NCBI GenBank assembly: GCA_044229975.1
Contig: JBGARZ010000003.1
Coordinates: 128,001-192,000, forward strand
Length of the DNA: 64,000 nt
Source of the DNA: Polyangiales bacterium
GTDB lineage: Bacteria > Myxococcota_A > Polyangia > Polyangiales > Ga0077539
Direction: 5' to 3'
How positions within the stretch are numbered: the first letter of the stretch is position 1; every line of letters begins with the position of its first letter. This document shows positions 20,160-29,033 of this stretch, one piece after another. Below the pieces are notes generated by a model. The model was not told where the DNA came from. It did no database searches and saw only the letters and a list, made by a program, of their open reading frames with translations. A program made the translations under genes and the position numbers.

Positions 20160-21452
20160 TCAGGGTGATGCGCCGAACACGATGCCCGGACCGCCGCCCG
20201 AAGGCGCAGAAGACGGCAGATTGGCCGGCCTCACGCCGTTGGGGCTGACGTTGACGCCGAAGCCCTGCGACGGGGCACCCGGAGCGCCCGTTGCTCCAAG
20301 CACCACGCCCGGACCGCCGCCCGAAGTACCCCAGGTCGAGCCCGGCGCAGTGGGCTGCGCGGAGCCCCACGGGACCGACGTCACTGGAGCGGCGGGCGCT
20401 GGCTGCGGGCCCCACGCCCCGACCTGCTGGGCCGCGTAGGGGACCGCCGCGGCAACGCCGGAGAGGAGCGGGCCGAGGATCCAACCGGACGGATGCACCG
20501 TCGCGCCGGGCGTCTCGGCCGTGACGGGCGAGAACCCGGTGGACATGGGGTTCCATCCGGTGGCGACGGTCGGGGTCGCGGTCGCCGGAGCAGGCGCACC
20601 CCACGCGCTGGCGGGCGCACCATTGGTCGCGGTGGCAGGAGCGGTCGACGGAGCACCCCACGCGCTCGCGGGCGCCGCGACGGGCGTCGGGGTCACGGCC
20701 GTCACCACCGGCGCGGGAGCGGGCGTCGGCGCCACGACGACGGTCGCAGGACGCGCAGCCGCGGTGGTGGTCGGGCGGCGCGTCGTAGTGGTCGGGCGGC
20801 GGCGGGTAGTGCCCGTCATGGGCATCATCGGTGCGACGGCCGTGATGGCGGGCTGCGGCGCCGCGACGATGGCCGCAGGTTCGGAGGACGGAGCGACCAT
20901 GACGGGCGTGGGCATCGCGACCGGCTGCGGCGCGGGCGTATCGGCCATCGCCTGACCACCGGTGCGGCGCCCCGAGCTGCGCTGGGTCGCAGTGCCCGAC
21001 ACGGAGATGAACCCGCCCGCGCTGGCGACCGACCAGTTGAACGACAGCGAGATGCTGTCGCCCGACATGGAGCCGCTGCCCGACCGGAGGGTGAAGTTCA
21101 TCCGCATGCTGCGCACCGAGTCGGTGAAGGTGCAGCGCTGACCCGACCCGAAGGTTATCCCCGAGTCACCCGAGCGATTGGCCGACAGGGTGCAGTGCTC
21201 ACCAAGATCGTTGGTCACCTGGATCGACGCGTCGGAGCGTGACCCCGCACCGATCTCCAGGCGCTCGCGGGTGGAGCGCTCTTCGGTGACGGTCATCGGC
21301 GACGTCACCGACACCGTGGTCGCCGACGAGATGGAGAAGCTCCCCGCGAAGGGACCCGGCCCACGCCCCTGCGCCGACGCGACGCCGCTGAAGGTCAGCA
21401 GCGAAACTCCGACGCACGCCCGAACCCACGTCCCTCGTCTCATCGTTTGCAT
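20160..21452 (-). CDS. Secreted protein with small beta-rich domain and long P/T/A-rich tail
   Basis: Signal peptide ending VASA; two-Cys beta-rich domain; low-complexity tail with repeated WG. Confidence 0.7.
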   Translation of the reverse strand: MQTMRRGTWVRACVGVSLLTFSGVASAQGRGPGPFAGSFSISSATTVSVTSPMTVTEERSTRERLEIGAGSRSDASIQVTNDLGEHCTLSANRSGDSGITFGSGQRCTFTDSVRSMRMNFTLRSGSGSMSGDSISLSFNWSVASAGGFISVSGTATQRSSGRRTGGQAMADTPAPQPVAMPTPVMVAPSSEPAAIVAAPQPAITAVAPMMPMTGTTRRRPTTTTRRPTTTAAARPATVVVAPTPAPAPVVTAVTPTPVAAPASAWGAPSTAPATATNGAPASAWGAPAPATATPTVATGWNPMSTGFSPVTAETPGATVHPSGWILGPLLSGVAAAVPYAAQQVGAWGPQPAPAAPVTSVPWGSAQPTAPGSTWGTSGGGPGVVLGATGAPGAPSQGFGVNVSPNGVRPANLPSSAPSGGGPGIVFGASP

Positions 21453-21510
21453 GGTGCGACGACGACGAAAGAAGATCAAACGCCATTCACTGACGCGGCG
21501 CGGCGCCCGA

Positions 21511-22089
21511 TCAGCGCGATGCCTCGGCGTCGTCGCCGCGGGTGTAGCCGCGCAGCGTCGATCGCACACGGACATGCCCGCCGATGGAGCTCACCGTCTC
21601 CCCGATGATCTCGATGGCCCCGACGTCCCGGGCGTACCAGGTCGTGGTCTCGATGCGCGACCGCGGCGACACGCTGTGGACCTCCGCGACCTCGCGGTAG
21701 TCCTGCTCGCCCACGCGCCGGCTCGGCGCGACCGATCGGATCTCGACGTGGCCGCCGTCGGCGCCATCCCACGCGGTGCCCACCCGGATGGGGTCGCGGA
21801 GGATGTACTGGCCCTCTCGCAGCACCCCGTCACCGCGACGCTCGTAGCGCGATCGCTGCGTGCCGCTGCGCACCACGAAGGTCTCACCCTCGACCGCTTC
21901 GACGGCGAGGACGTTGAGCACGGTGTCACCCCCGATGCCGGTCTCGGTGTCGTAGCTCCAGGCCATCCCCGCGCGCATGGGGAAGAACTCCGTCGCGTGC
22001 GCCGGCCCCCTCGGCGGCGCCACGCGCTGTGTGCCCGCACACCCCGCCGCCCACAGCCCCGCCAGCAACAGCCCGCGACGCGCGATCAT
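21511..22089 (-). CDS. Lipoprotein, beta-rich hypothetical
   Basis: Lipobox AAGC; FFPxxxGxxWxY and TTWYARDVG patterns; start overlaps upstream stop (TGATG). Confidence 0.75.
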   Translation of the reverse strand: MIARRGLLLAGLWAAGCAGTQRVAPPRGPAHATEFFPMRAGMAWSYDTETGIGGDTVLNVLAVEAVEGETFVVRSGTQRSRYERRGDGVLREGQYILRDPIRVGTAWDGADGGHVEIRSVAPSRRVGEQDYREVAEVHSVSPRSRIETTTWYARDVGAIEIIGETVSSIGGHVRVRSTLRGYTRGDDAEASR

Positions 22090-22358
22090 CAGCGGTGCCC
22101 CAGGTAGTGCACGGCGAGGAAGAGCATCAGCGCGGCCGTCCCGACGAACACCGCGTCGACCCACGGGTCGCGTCGAAAGCGGGCCGCCATGTCTTCCCCC
22201 GCCACCTTGAGCGCGGGGTCGTCGCTCGCGACGAGCGTGGCCGCGATGGCCCTCGCCTCCCGGTGATCGCCGCGGTCGAGCGCCTCTCGCATGGCCTTCA
22301 CCTGCGGCGCGGCAGACTCTTCAACAGGGGCGGCGGGCTCAACGACGGCGTCGGTCAT
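22089..22358 (-). CDS. Small protein with C-terminal transmembrane helix
   Basis: ATG overlaps the kinase stop; hydrophobic C-terminus AVFVGTAALMLFLAVHYL. Confidence 0.65.
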   Translation of the reverse strand: MTDAVVEPAAPVEESAAPQVKAMREALDRGDHREARAIAATLVASDDPALKVAGEDMAARFRRDPWVDAVFVGTAALMLFLAVHYLGHR

Positions 22359-23722
22359 GGGTCCGTCGACGGTACACCCGGCGACGCCGGGTCGCACGCG
22401 ACAGAGAACCCGACGCGCGCTCCGCCTCCGGGGATGTTTGCGGCCCACACGTCGCCGCCGTGGGAGTTTGCGATACGGCGAACCAGCGCGAGGCCGAGGC
22501 CCGCACCAACCCGCCGACCCGCTGCCGCTCCACGGTAGAAGGGCTCGAAGATGTGCGGGAGCTCGTCGACGGCAATCCCCTCGCCCACATCATCGACCTC
22601 GAAGCGCACCAGCCCGGTGCTGCGTTCGACCCGCAGCGCGCGCACCGAACCGCCGTGGCGCTGTGCGTTTCCGAGGAGGTTGACCAGCGCGGTGGTGAGC
22701 AGCGTCGCGTCCCCGACGATGGGCAATGGCTCGTCCGGCGCGATCAACACCCCGAGGTCGACGCCCGCCTTGGTGAGCGCCCTCGTCGCCACCTCGGCGC
22801 CGTCGAGCTCGACCCGACGCAGCGCCTGGAAGTCCATGCGCGAACTCGCGAGCAGGTCGCCCACCAGCGCGTCGATGCCGACGAGCTCGTCTTCCACCTC
22901 GGTGATGGCCGACGCACGCGCCGCGTTGTCCGCCTCCTCGTTGCGCGCCGTCTCCAGCAGAAACCTCACCCGCGCGAGCGGCGATCGCAGCTCGTGCGAG
23001 ACCGCCGCGAGGAGCTCACGCTGCGCCGCGACCTGGGCCTCGATGCGCGCCGCCATGTCGTTGATGACCCGCGCCAGCAGCCCGAACTCGCTGCGCCCGT
23101 GCGTCTGCAACCGCGCCCGCCGATCGAGCTGCCCCTGGCCGATGTCGGTCACGACCTCGACGAGCTCATCGAGCGGGCGCGCGATGCGGCGGGCGATGCC
23201 ACCAGCCATCTTCCAGATCACCGCCAGCACGGCCAGCACGAGCAGCGCCGACCGGGCCACGCCCCACGCGTGCTCCGCCGAGCAGAAGCGCACCTCGCCG
23301 ACCGCGACTCCCGCACCATCCTTCACTCGCGATCGGAGGACGGGGTGGCGGCAGGTGGTGGCGGACGTACCGTCGGGGGCGCGGGCGAGCAGCAGGGCAC
23401 CGGCGCGGTCGCGCAGCTCGACGTGGAGTCGCAGCTCGGTGGCCACCGCCGACGCGAGGTGGTCACGGCGCGCGGGCTCGGTCCACACCTCGGCGAAGCG
23501 TGAGCCCGCGAAGAACTCCAGACGTTCGCGCTGGGACCTCCAACCGCCGCGCGCTCCGAGTGCGCCCGTCACGATGGAGGCCACCAGCCCCGTCACCAGG
23601 ATGACCGCGCCGAAGGACCAGAAGAGCCTGCGTTGCAGCCGCGACGTGATGAACCACCAAACCCTCGATCGAGGCCGCGGTGGGTCACAGGGCGGGTCAT
23701 GGTGACGGGGATGATGGCGCAC
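22355..23722 (-). CDS. HAMP-domain sensor histidine kinase
   Basis: Two TM segments, H-box SHELRSPL, N-box NLLGNA, DVGEG, IFEPF, GLGL. Confidence 0.93.
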   Translation of the reverse strand: MRHHPRHHDPPCDPPRPRSRVWWFITSRLQRRLFWSFGAVILVTGLVASIVTGALGARGGWRSQRERLEFFAGSRFAEVWTEPARRDHLASAVATELRLHVELRDRAGALLLARAPDGTSATTCRHPVLRSRVKDGAGVAVGEVRFCSAEHAWGVARSALLVLAVLAVIWKMAGGIARRIARPLDELVEVVTDIGQGQLDRRARLQTHGRSEFGLLARVINDMAARIEAQVAAQRELLAAVSHELRSPLARVRFLLETARNEEADNAARASAITEVEDELVGIDALVGDLLASSRMDFQALRRVELDGAEVATRALTKAGVDLGVLIAPDEPLPIVGDATLLTTALVNLLGNAQRHGGSVRALRVERSTGLVRFEVDDVGEGIAVDELPHIFEPFYRGAAAGRRVGAGLGLALVRRIANSHGGDVWAANIPGGGARVGFSVACDPASPGVPSTDP

Positions 23723-23726
23723 GGGC

Positions 23727-24416
23727 CTACGCGTCCCCCTCGCGGAGCAGCACGTACCCGACGCCGCGGATGGTGCGGATCATCGTAGGCGACCGCGGAT
23801 CGTCGCCGAGCTTCTGCCGCAGGTGGGACACGTGGACGTCCACCGCGCGCTCGCCGATGTTCACGTCGTCGCGACCGGCTCCCGCGAGGAGCGACTCGCG
23901 CGACACGACACGACCCGCCTTGCGCGCGAGCGCCACCAGCAGGTCGAACTCCAGCCCGGTGAGCTCCACCCGCCGCTCGTCCACCTTCACCTCGCGGCCC
24001 GGAACGTCGATGACCACGCGTCCCGCAACGAGGCGGTCGGCCATCGCCTCGGGCTGCGTGCGTCGCAACACCGCGCGGAGCCTGGCGAGGAGCTCGCGCG
24101 GTGAGCAGGGCTTGGGGAGGTAGTCGTCGGCGCCGAGTTCGAGGCCCACGATGCGGTCGGTCTCGTCGCCCTTCGCAGTGAGCATCACGATGGGGACGTT
24201 GCGCTTCGCCCGGATGCGCCGACAGACCTCGAGGCCGTCGATACCGGGCATCATCACGTCGAGCAGCACCACGTCGACGTCCGCGCGCTCCAGCACCGCG
24301 AGGCCCCGCCCGCCGTCGGGCGCGTGGGTGACCTGCATCCCGTTCTGGGCCAGGTACCCCGCCACCAGCTCGGCGAAGCGCGAGTCGTCATCGATGTGGA
24401 GCACGCGAACCGTCAC
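23727..24416 (-). CDS. OmpR/CpxR-family response regulator
   Basis: LLDVMMP, GADDYLPKP, winged helix VDVHVSHLRQKL...RGVGY. Confidence 0.95.
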   Translation of the reverse strand: MTVRVLHIDDDSRFAELVAGYLAQNGMQVTHAPDGGRGLAVLERADVDVVLLDVMMPGIDGLEVCRRIRAKRNVPIVMLTAKGDETDRIVGLELGADDYLPKPCSPRELLARLRAVLRRTQPEAMADRLVAGRVVIDVPGREVKVDERRVELTGLEFDLLVALARKAGRVVSRESLLAGAGRDDVNIGERAVDVHVSHLRQKLGDDPRSPTMIRTIRGVGYVLLREGDA

Positions 24417-24434
24417 GGGAACCTCCCGCTCAGA

Positions 24435-24617
24435 CTACCAGCGCGGGGGCGCCGGGGGCGGGGCGTTGGGGTTGCGCGCCGCGTCGATGCACACCCGCGC
24501 CACGTGGTGCTCGAACGCCGCCCTCCGGTGCCGGTGCGCGCACAGGCTCGCGAACCCCGACCCGTAGCCCAGCAACACGCCGAGGCCCAGCACCGCGATC
24601 TTCACGTTTCGTCGCAT
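24435..24617 (-). CDS. Small membrane/secreted protein (60 aa)
   Basis: SD AAGGAG; N-terminal hydrophobic stretch; lies within the apparent operon. Confidence 0.65.
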   Translation of the reverse strand: MRRNVKIAVLGLGVLLGYGSGFASLCAHRHRRAAFEHHVARVCIDAARNPNAPPPAPPRW

Positions 24618-24643
24618 GGTCGTCTCCTTCTCGTGTCTCTCGC

Positions 24644-25240
24644 TCAGGCCCGGTACGGACCGCGACCCCAGGGACCGCGACCGCCCGTGAAGCGCTCGAT
24701 GTGGTCGGCGAAGTCGCGGCGCTGCTGCTCGTCGAGCGCGTCGTGAACCTTCTGGAGCGCCTCGAAGACAGCCTTCTGCGTGGCCTCCAGCGCCTCGTCC
24801 TGCTTGGCGAAGGACTCGCCCATCACGCCCTCGTCGAAGCGCTCCCCGCGAAACGCCTTCGCCGCATCACCCGCCGTCGCCCGCAGCGCCTCCTTCGACG
24901 CGCCGACCTTCGCGCGCAGCGAGGTCGCCGCGTCGAGGATCACCCGTTCCTGCCCCGGCGTCGTCGCCAGCCGCTCGAATAGCGGCCGCAGCCAGAACCT
25001 CAGCGCCGCTCCCTCGTCACCGCCGCCGCGCTCCCAACCACCGCCGCCGCGACCCCACGGTCCGCGGCCGTAGCCTTGCTCGTCGCCGCCAAGCCGCGGG
25101 TCGCCCCAGTGCCGACCACCGCAGCGACCGCCACCACCGTGACCGTAGTAGCCGTAGCCCCCGTGGCCGCACCGACCACCGTACCGGAGCGTCTTCACCA
25201 GACCGATCAGACACATCGTGCCGACAATGAATCCCAACAT
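24644..25240 (-). CDS. Spy/CpxP/ZraP-like helical protein with Gly-rich N-terminus
   Basis: SD GAGGAGA; LATTPGQ and LDEQQR resemble LTxxQ motifs; upstream of a regulator-kinase pair. Confidence 0.7.
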   Translation of the reverse strand: MLGFIVGTMCLIGLVKTLRYGGRCGHGGYGYYGHGGGGRCGGRHWGDPRLGGDEQGYGRGPWGRGGGGWERGGGDEGAALRFWLRPLFERLATTPGQERVILDAATSLRAKVGASKEALRATAGDAAKAFRGERFDEGVMGESFAKQDEALEATQKAVFEALQKVHDALDEQQRRDFADHIERFTGGRGPWGRGPYRA

Positions 25241-25336
25241 GGTTCGTCTCTCCTCGTCCGCGGGAGCGCACTGCTCTCCGCCGCCCACCACCTTGGCGAC
25301 GCTCTGTGAAGCCCATCCCGCGACGAGTGTGAAGAA

Positions 25337-26731
25337 GTGCAAAGTCGCCCCGTCACGCCCGGCGTAGAGTCCGCGCCCCGCACCGTGTCCCAGGCTTCCC
25401 TCCGCGACGATCTGCGCCTCACCCTCGGCCTCGCGTTGCCCGCCGTGGCGCAGTCCCTCTTGCAGACGATGGTGTTTCTGGCGGACCGCTTCTTCCTTGG
25501 TCACCACAGCGCCGCCGCGCTCGCCGCGATGCAGATCGCCGGCCCGCTCACCTGGACGCTCCAGTCCGTCTTCGGCGCCTTCGGCGTCGGCACCCTCGCC
25601 GTCATCGGGCGCGCCGTCGGAGCGAACGACCGACGCCTCGCGGCGAGCGCCCTCTACGGAAGCCTCGTCCCCGCGGTGGGTCTCGGTCTCGCCGTCGGCC
25701 TCGGCGGATGGCTCGGCCTCGACCTGCTCATCGACCTCCTCGGCGGCGGCGGATCACCCGCCGTCCGCGGCGAGTCGGCCCGCTACCTCGGCGTGGTGCT
25801 CCCCGCGATGCCGCTGCTCTTCGTCGCCATGGTCTGCACGCAGGCTCTGCAGGCCGGCGGCGACACTCGCACGCCGCTCGCCATCGCGATCGCCACCAAC
25901 GCGCTCAACCTCGCGCTCAACGCCGTGCTCATCTTCGGGCGCTTCGGGTTGCCCGCCATGGGCGCGCGCGGCGCCGCCATCGCCAACGTCTCGGCGCTCG
26001 CCCTCGAAGCCACCCTCGCCCTCGTCGCCCTCGCCCGCCGCGACCGTCCGGTCAGCCTCCGCTCGGGCGAACCGCTCGACGTACGTGACGGAGTGCGCCG
26101 CGTCTTCCGGGTGTCCGTCGGGTCCTTCGGCGAGCGCGCGCTCTATCACACGGGCTACCTCGCCTACGTTCGCATCACCAACGGCCTGGGCCCGATCGCC
26201 ATGGCGGCCCATCAGGCGCTGCTCTCATTGGAGAGCGTGTCGTTCTTGTCGGCGGACGGCTTCGCGGTCGCGGCGGGCGCGCGGGTGGCGCAGCGGCTCG
26301 GCGCGGGCGACCCGGTGGGCGCACGTCGCGCCGGGTGGATCGCGGCCCTCAGCTCGGCGTCGGTCATCACGGTGGTCGCGGTGGTGCTCTACCTGGGCGC
26401 GAGGCCGTTGCTCGGGTTGTTTCTCGACGACCCGGCCGCGGTGCGAGAGGGCGTATCCGCGATGCTGCCGGGCGCGGCGGTGCAGGTGCCCATGGCCCTC
26501 GCCATCGTGCTGCTGCAATCGTTGCGCGGCGCCGGTTCGACGCGCGAGGCCTTCGCCATCGCGGTGCTCGGATCATTCGTGGTGCGCATCAGCGCGACGG
26601 TGTTCTTCGTGCGCGTGCTGCACCTCGGGCTCGCGGGTGTGTGGCTCGGCAGCGGGTCCGATTGGTTTCTCCGCGCGGTGCTCGGCGCCTGGCGCTGGCA
26701 GCTCGGTCGATGGTCGCGCGTCAGGGTGTGA
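25337..26731 (+). CDS. MATE family efflux transporter
   Basis: About 12 TM segments; LALPA, GDTRTP, LIFGxFGLPAMGARGAA, two-fold internal repeat. Confidence 0.92.
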   Translation: MQSRPVTPGVESAPRTVSQASLRDDLRLTLGLALPAVAQSLLQTMVFLADRFFLGHHSAAALAAMQIAGPLTWTLQSVFGAFGVGTLAVIGRAVGANDRRLAASALYGSLVPAVGLGLAVGLGGWLGLDLLIDLLGGGGSPAVRGESARYLGVVLPAMPLLFVAMVCTQALQAGGDTRTPLAIAIATNALNLALNAVLIFGRFGLPAMGARGAAIANVSALALEATLALVALARRDRPVSLRSGEPLDVRDGVRRVFRVSVGSFGERALYHTGYLAYVRITNGLGPIAMAAHQALLSLESVSFLSADGFAVAAGARVAQRLGAGDPVGARRAGWIAALSSASVITVVAVVLYLGARPLLGLFLDDPAAVREGVSAMLPGAAVQVPMALAIVLLQSLRGAGSTREAFAIAVLGSFVVRISATVFFVRVLHLGLAGVWLGSGSDWFLRAVLGAWRWQLGRWSRVRV

Positions 26732-29033
26732 CCGACTCGCGCCGGATGCGATCGACCCAATCGGCGGCCGTGTCCCGCGCGCCCGACGGACGGCCCTCGT
26801 CCTCTGCCAGCATCGTGAACACCGTCGAAGCCTCCGTGAGGTTGCCGCTGCGGTAGAGCGCGATCGCCCGCATCCGCTGCGTCTCCGCGAGCACCCGCGG
26901 CTCGCCGATGGATGCGATGTCTCCCACGCGCAGCATCCGCAACGCCGGCTCGAAGCGCTCGGCCAGGAAGAGCTGCCGACCCGCGAGGTAGGCCACCCAC
27001 GGATCGCTCGCCGCCTGATCGTCGAGGCCCAATCGGGCCATCGCCGCGGTGGGTGACGGGTCGAGCTCGCCGCGCCCGATGAGCAGGTCACGGAACACCT
27101 CCGCCGGCGCGCCACCCCGAGTGAGCATCGCGCGCTTGATGAGCAGCGTTCGCGCCTCGTCGTCGTCCATCAGGGTGACGTCGAGCGCGTCGTAGAAGAC
27201 CTGCGACGCGCTGAGTCCTCGCCACCGCCACACCTGGTCGGCGACCTGCGAACGCGCGCGTTGCCCGGCCGCCGGACCCAGCGCCTGCTCGGCCTCGGTC
27301 GCAATGCGCGTCGCTCCTCCGAGGTCGCCCGCCCGCACGCGCGTCACGGCGAGCAGCATGTGGGTGTGGAGGTCGGTCGGGTCGTGGGCGATGAGCGTCC
27401 GCAGCTCACGGTCGGCCGCGGCGAGGTCACCCGCGTCGAGGTGAGCGACAGCGTCGCGGGTCAGGTCTTCCAGCAACAGTGGGCACGTTCGACCAAACAC
27501 CGACGCACGACGAAACCGCGTCCGCGCCCTCGCCAGCACACCGTCTGACGTTGGCACCCTCCGCAGGAAGGCGTGCCACTCGCGCTCCAGCGCCGCGAGG
27601 GAGACCCCATACGCCGCGACCGCATCGGCGTCGCGATAGAAGCGCCGGAAGCGCGGCCTCCCGCGCGTATCGACCAGCCACCGGCAGAACGACCCCGCCG
27701 CCGTGTACGCCCGCCCCGATGACGACGCGTAGAACCCGAGCCCCGTCAGCGACGAGACCGACGGTGTGAGCCCGGCCTCCATCATCGCGCGAGACCACTG
27801 GTGCGGCGTCGCGTCGCTCTCGCCCTCCCACGCCGCCGCGACCGCGGCCCCCTCGATGAGCCCCGGCGTCGGAACCACTCCCCCCAGCGTGGTCACCCGC
27901 AGTGGCCCGCGCGCCATGGCACCCGCGACCACATGCGCGAGCTCGTGCTTCAGCACCGGGTGCGGAAACGGCGCGTACTGGAGGTAGACCTCGTCGCGCC
28001 AGGGCTTCGCGATGTACGTGTCCTCGGCGCCCATCAGCTCGCGCTTCTGCGTCGAGTTGGCGAAGAGAAACACCGTGATCGGCCGCGCCTGGCGCACGCC
28101 GTAGAAGTCTTCGAGCTGGCCCACGCGCACGTCGCAGTCGCGCGCCGTGAGGGAGGCCTGCCGATCGTCGATGCTGCGGTCGTAGAGCACCACGCAGCGA
28201 CGCGAGGCCACGCGACGTTCGAGCGCGCGAGCGATGTGTGAGACGTCGTGGCGATGCCCGAGCGCGGGGCCCGCGACGTAGACACCGACGGCCGCAACGA
28301 GGCCGGCGCCAAGCACGAGTGTCGCCGCCCGATGTGAGCGCAGGGTCGCGAGCGAGAGCCGCCCCGTGGCGCCGTCCCACGCGGCGACGAGGAGCGCGGC
28401 GAAGGCGACGATCCAGCCGAGCGTTCCGAGGCGGTGGGTGACGTGCGCGAGGGTGACGGGGACGTGCTCGTCGTAGAGCGCCCCCGGAAAGAACCCGAAA
28501 AACGGGTCGAACGCGAAGATGGTGGGCGTCGTGTAGAAGCGCACGAGACTCCACCCGACGAACGCTGGCACCAGCAGCGCCGCGAGCGTCGTCGCGACCC
28601 CGCGACGGCGAATCACACCACCGAGCGCGGCGCCCACGAGCGATGCGAGCACCGGCCCGGGCAGCGCGAAGAGCAGCGCATGCACGCCGCCCGTCGCGGG
28701 CGAACAAGCGGGCGCCACGAGTCCATGCGCGAGCACGACGAGCAGCGCGGTCGTCACGAATGCGATCGCCGACAGCGCCGAGGTGACCGCGACGTCGGCG
28801 CCCGAGCGACCGCGACCGAGCTGCGCGACGCGGACACCCACGAGGGCCGAGGCGATGCTGCCAACGACGGCGACGACGAGGCTCGCCGCGAAGCCGACGT
28901 GATCGGTGAGGTGGTTGCTCCAGAGCGCGAGGCCGGTGACGACGCTCAGCGCCGCCGCGACGCGGAAGCGCCACGACGACACGAGCGACGCACGGGGCTC
29001 AGCGGTTGGCTTCGACGGCCGCGTCGTCGTCAT
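26721..29033 (-). CDS. Multi-TM protein with gluzincin (peptidase MA-like) domain and TPR-like C-terminus
   Basis: About 7 N-terminal hydrophobic helices; HELAH followed by LIEGAA. Confidence 0.75.
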   Translation of the reverse strand: MTTTRPSKPTAEPRASLVSSWRFRVAAALSVVTGLALWSNHLTDHVGFAASLVVAVVGSIASALVGVRVAQLGRGRSGADVAVTSALSAIAFVTTALLVVLAHGLVAPACSPATGGVHALLFALPGPVLASLVGAALGGVIRRRGVATTLAALLVPAFVGWSLVRFYTTPTIFAFDPFFGFFPGALYDEHVPVTLAHVTHRLGTLGWIVAFAALLVAAWDGATGRLSLATLRSHRAATLVLGAGLVAAVGVYVAGPALGHRHDVSHIARALERRVASRRCVVLYDRSIDDRQASLTARDCDVRVGQLEDFYGVRQARPITVFLFANSTQKRELMGAEDTYIAKPWRDEVYLQYAPFPHPVLKHELAHVVAGAMARGPLRVTTLGGVVPTPGLIEGAAVAAAWEGESDATPHQWSRAMMEAGLTPSVSSLTGLGFYASSSGRAYTAAGSFCRWLVDTRGRPRFRRFYRDADAVAAYGVSLAALEREWHAFLRRVPTSDGVLARARTRFRRASVFGRTCPLLLEDLTRDAVAHLDAGDLAAADRELRTLIAHDPTDLHTHMLLAVTRVRAGDLGGATRIATEAEQALGPAAGQRARSQVADQVWRWRGLSASQVFYDALDVTLMDDDEARTLLIKRAMLTRGGAPAEVFRDLLIGRGELDPSPTAAMARLGLDDQAASDPWVAYLAGRQLFLAERFEPALRMLRVGDIASIGEPRVLAETQRMRAIALYRSGNLTEASTVFTMLAEDEGRPSGARDTAADWVDRIRRESVTP

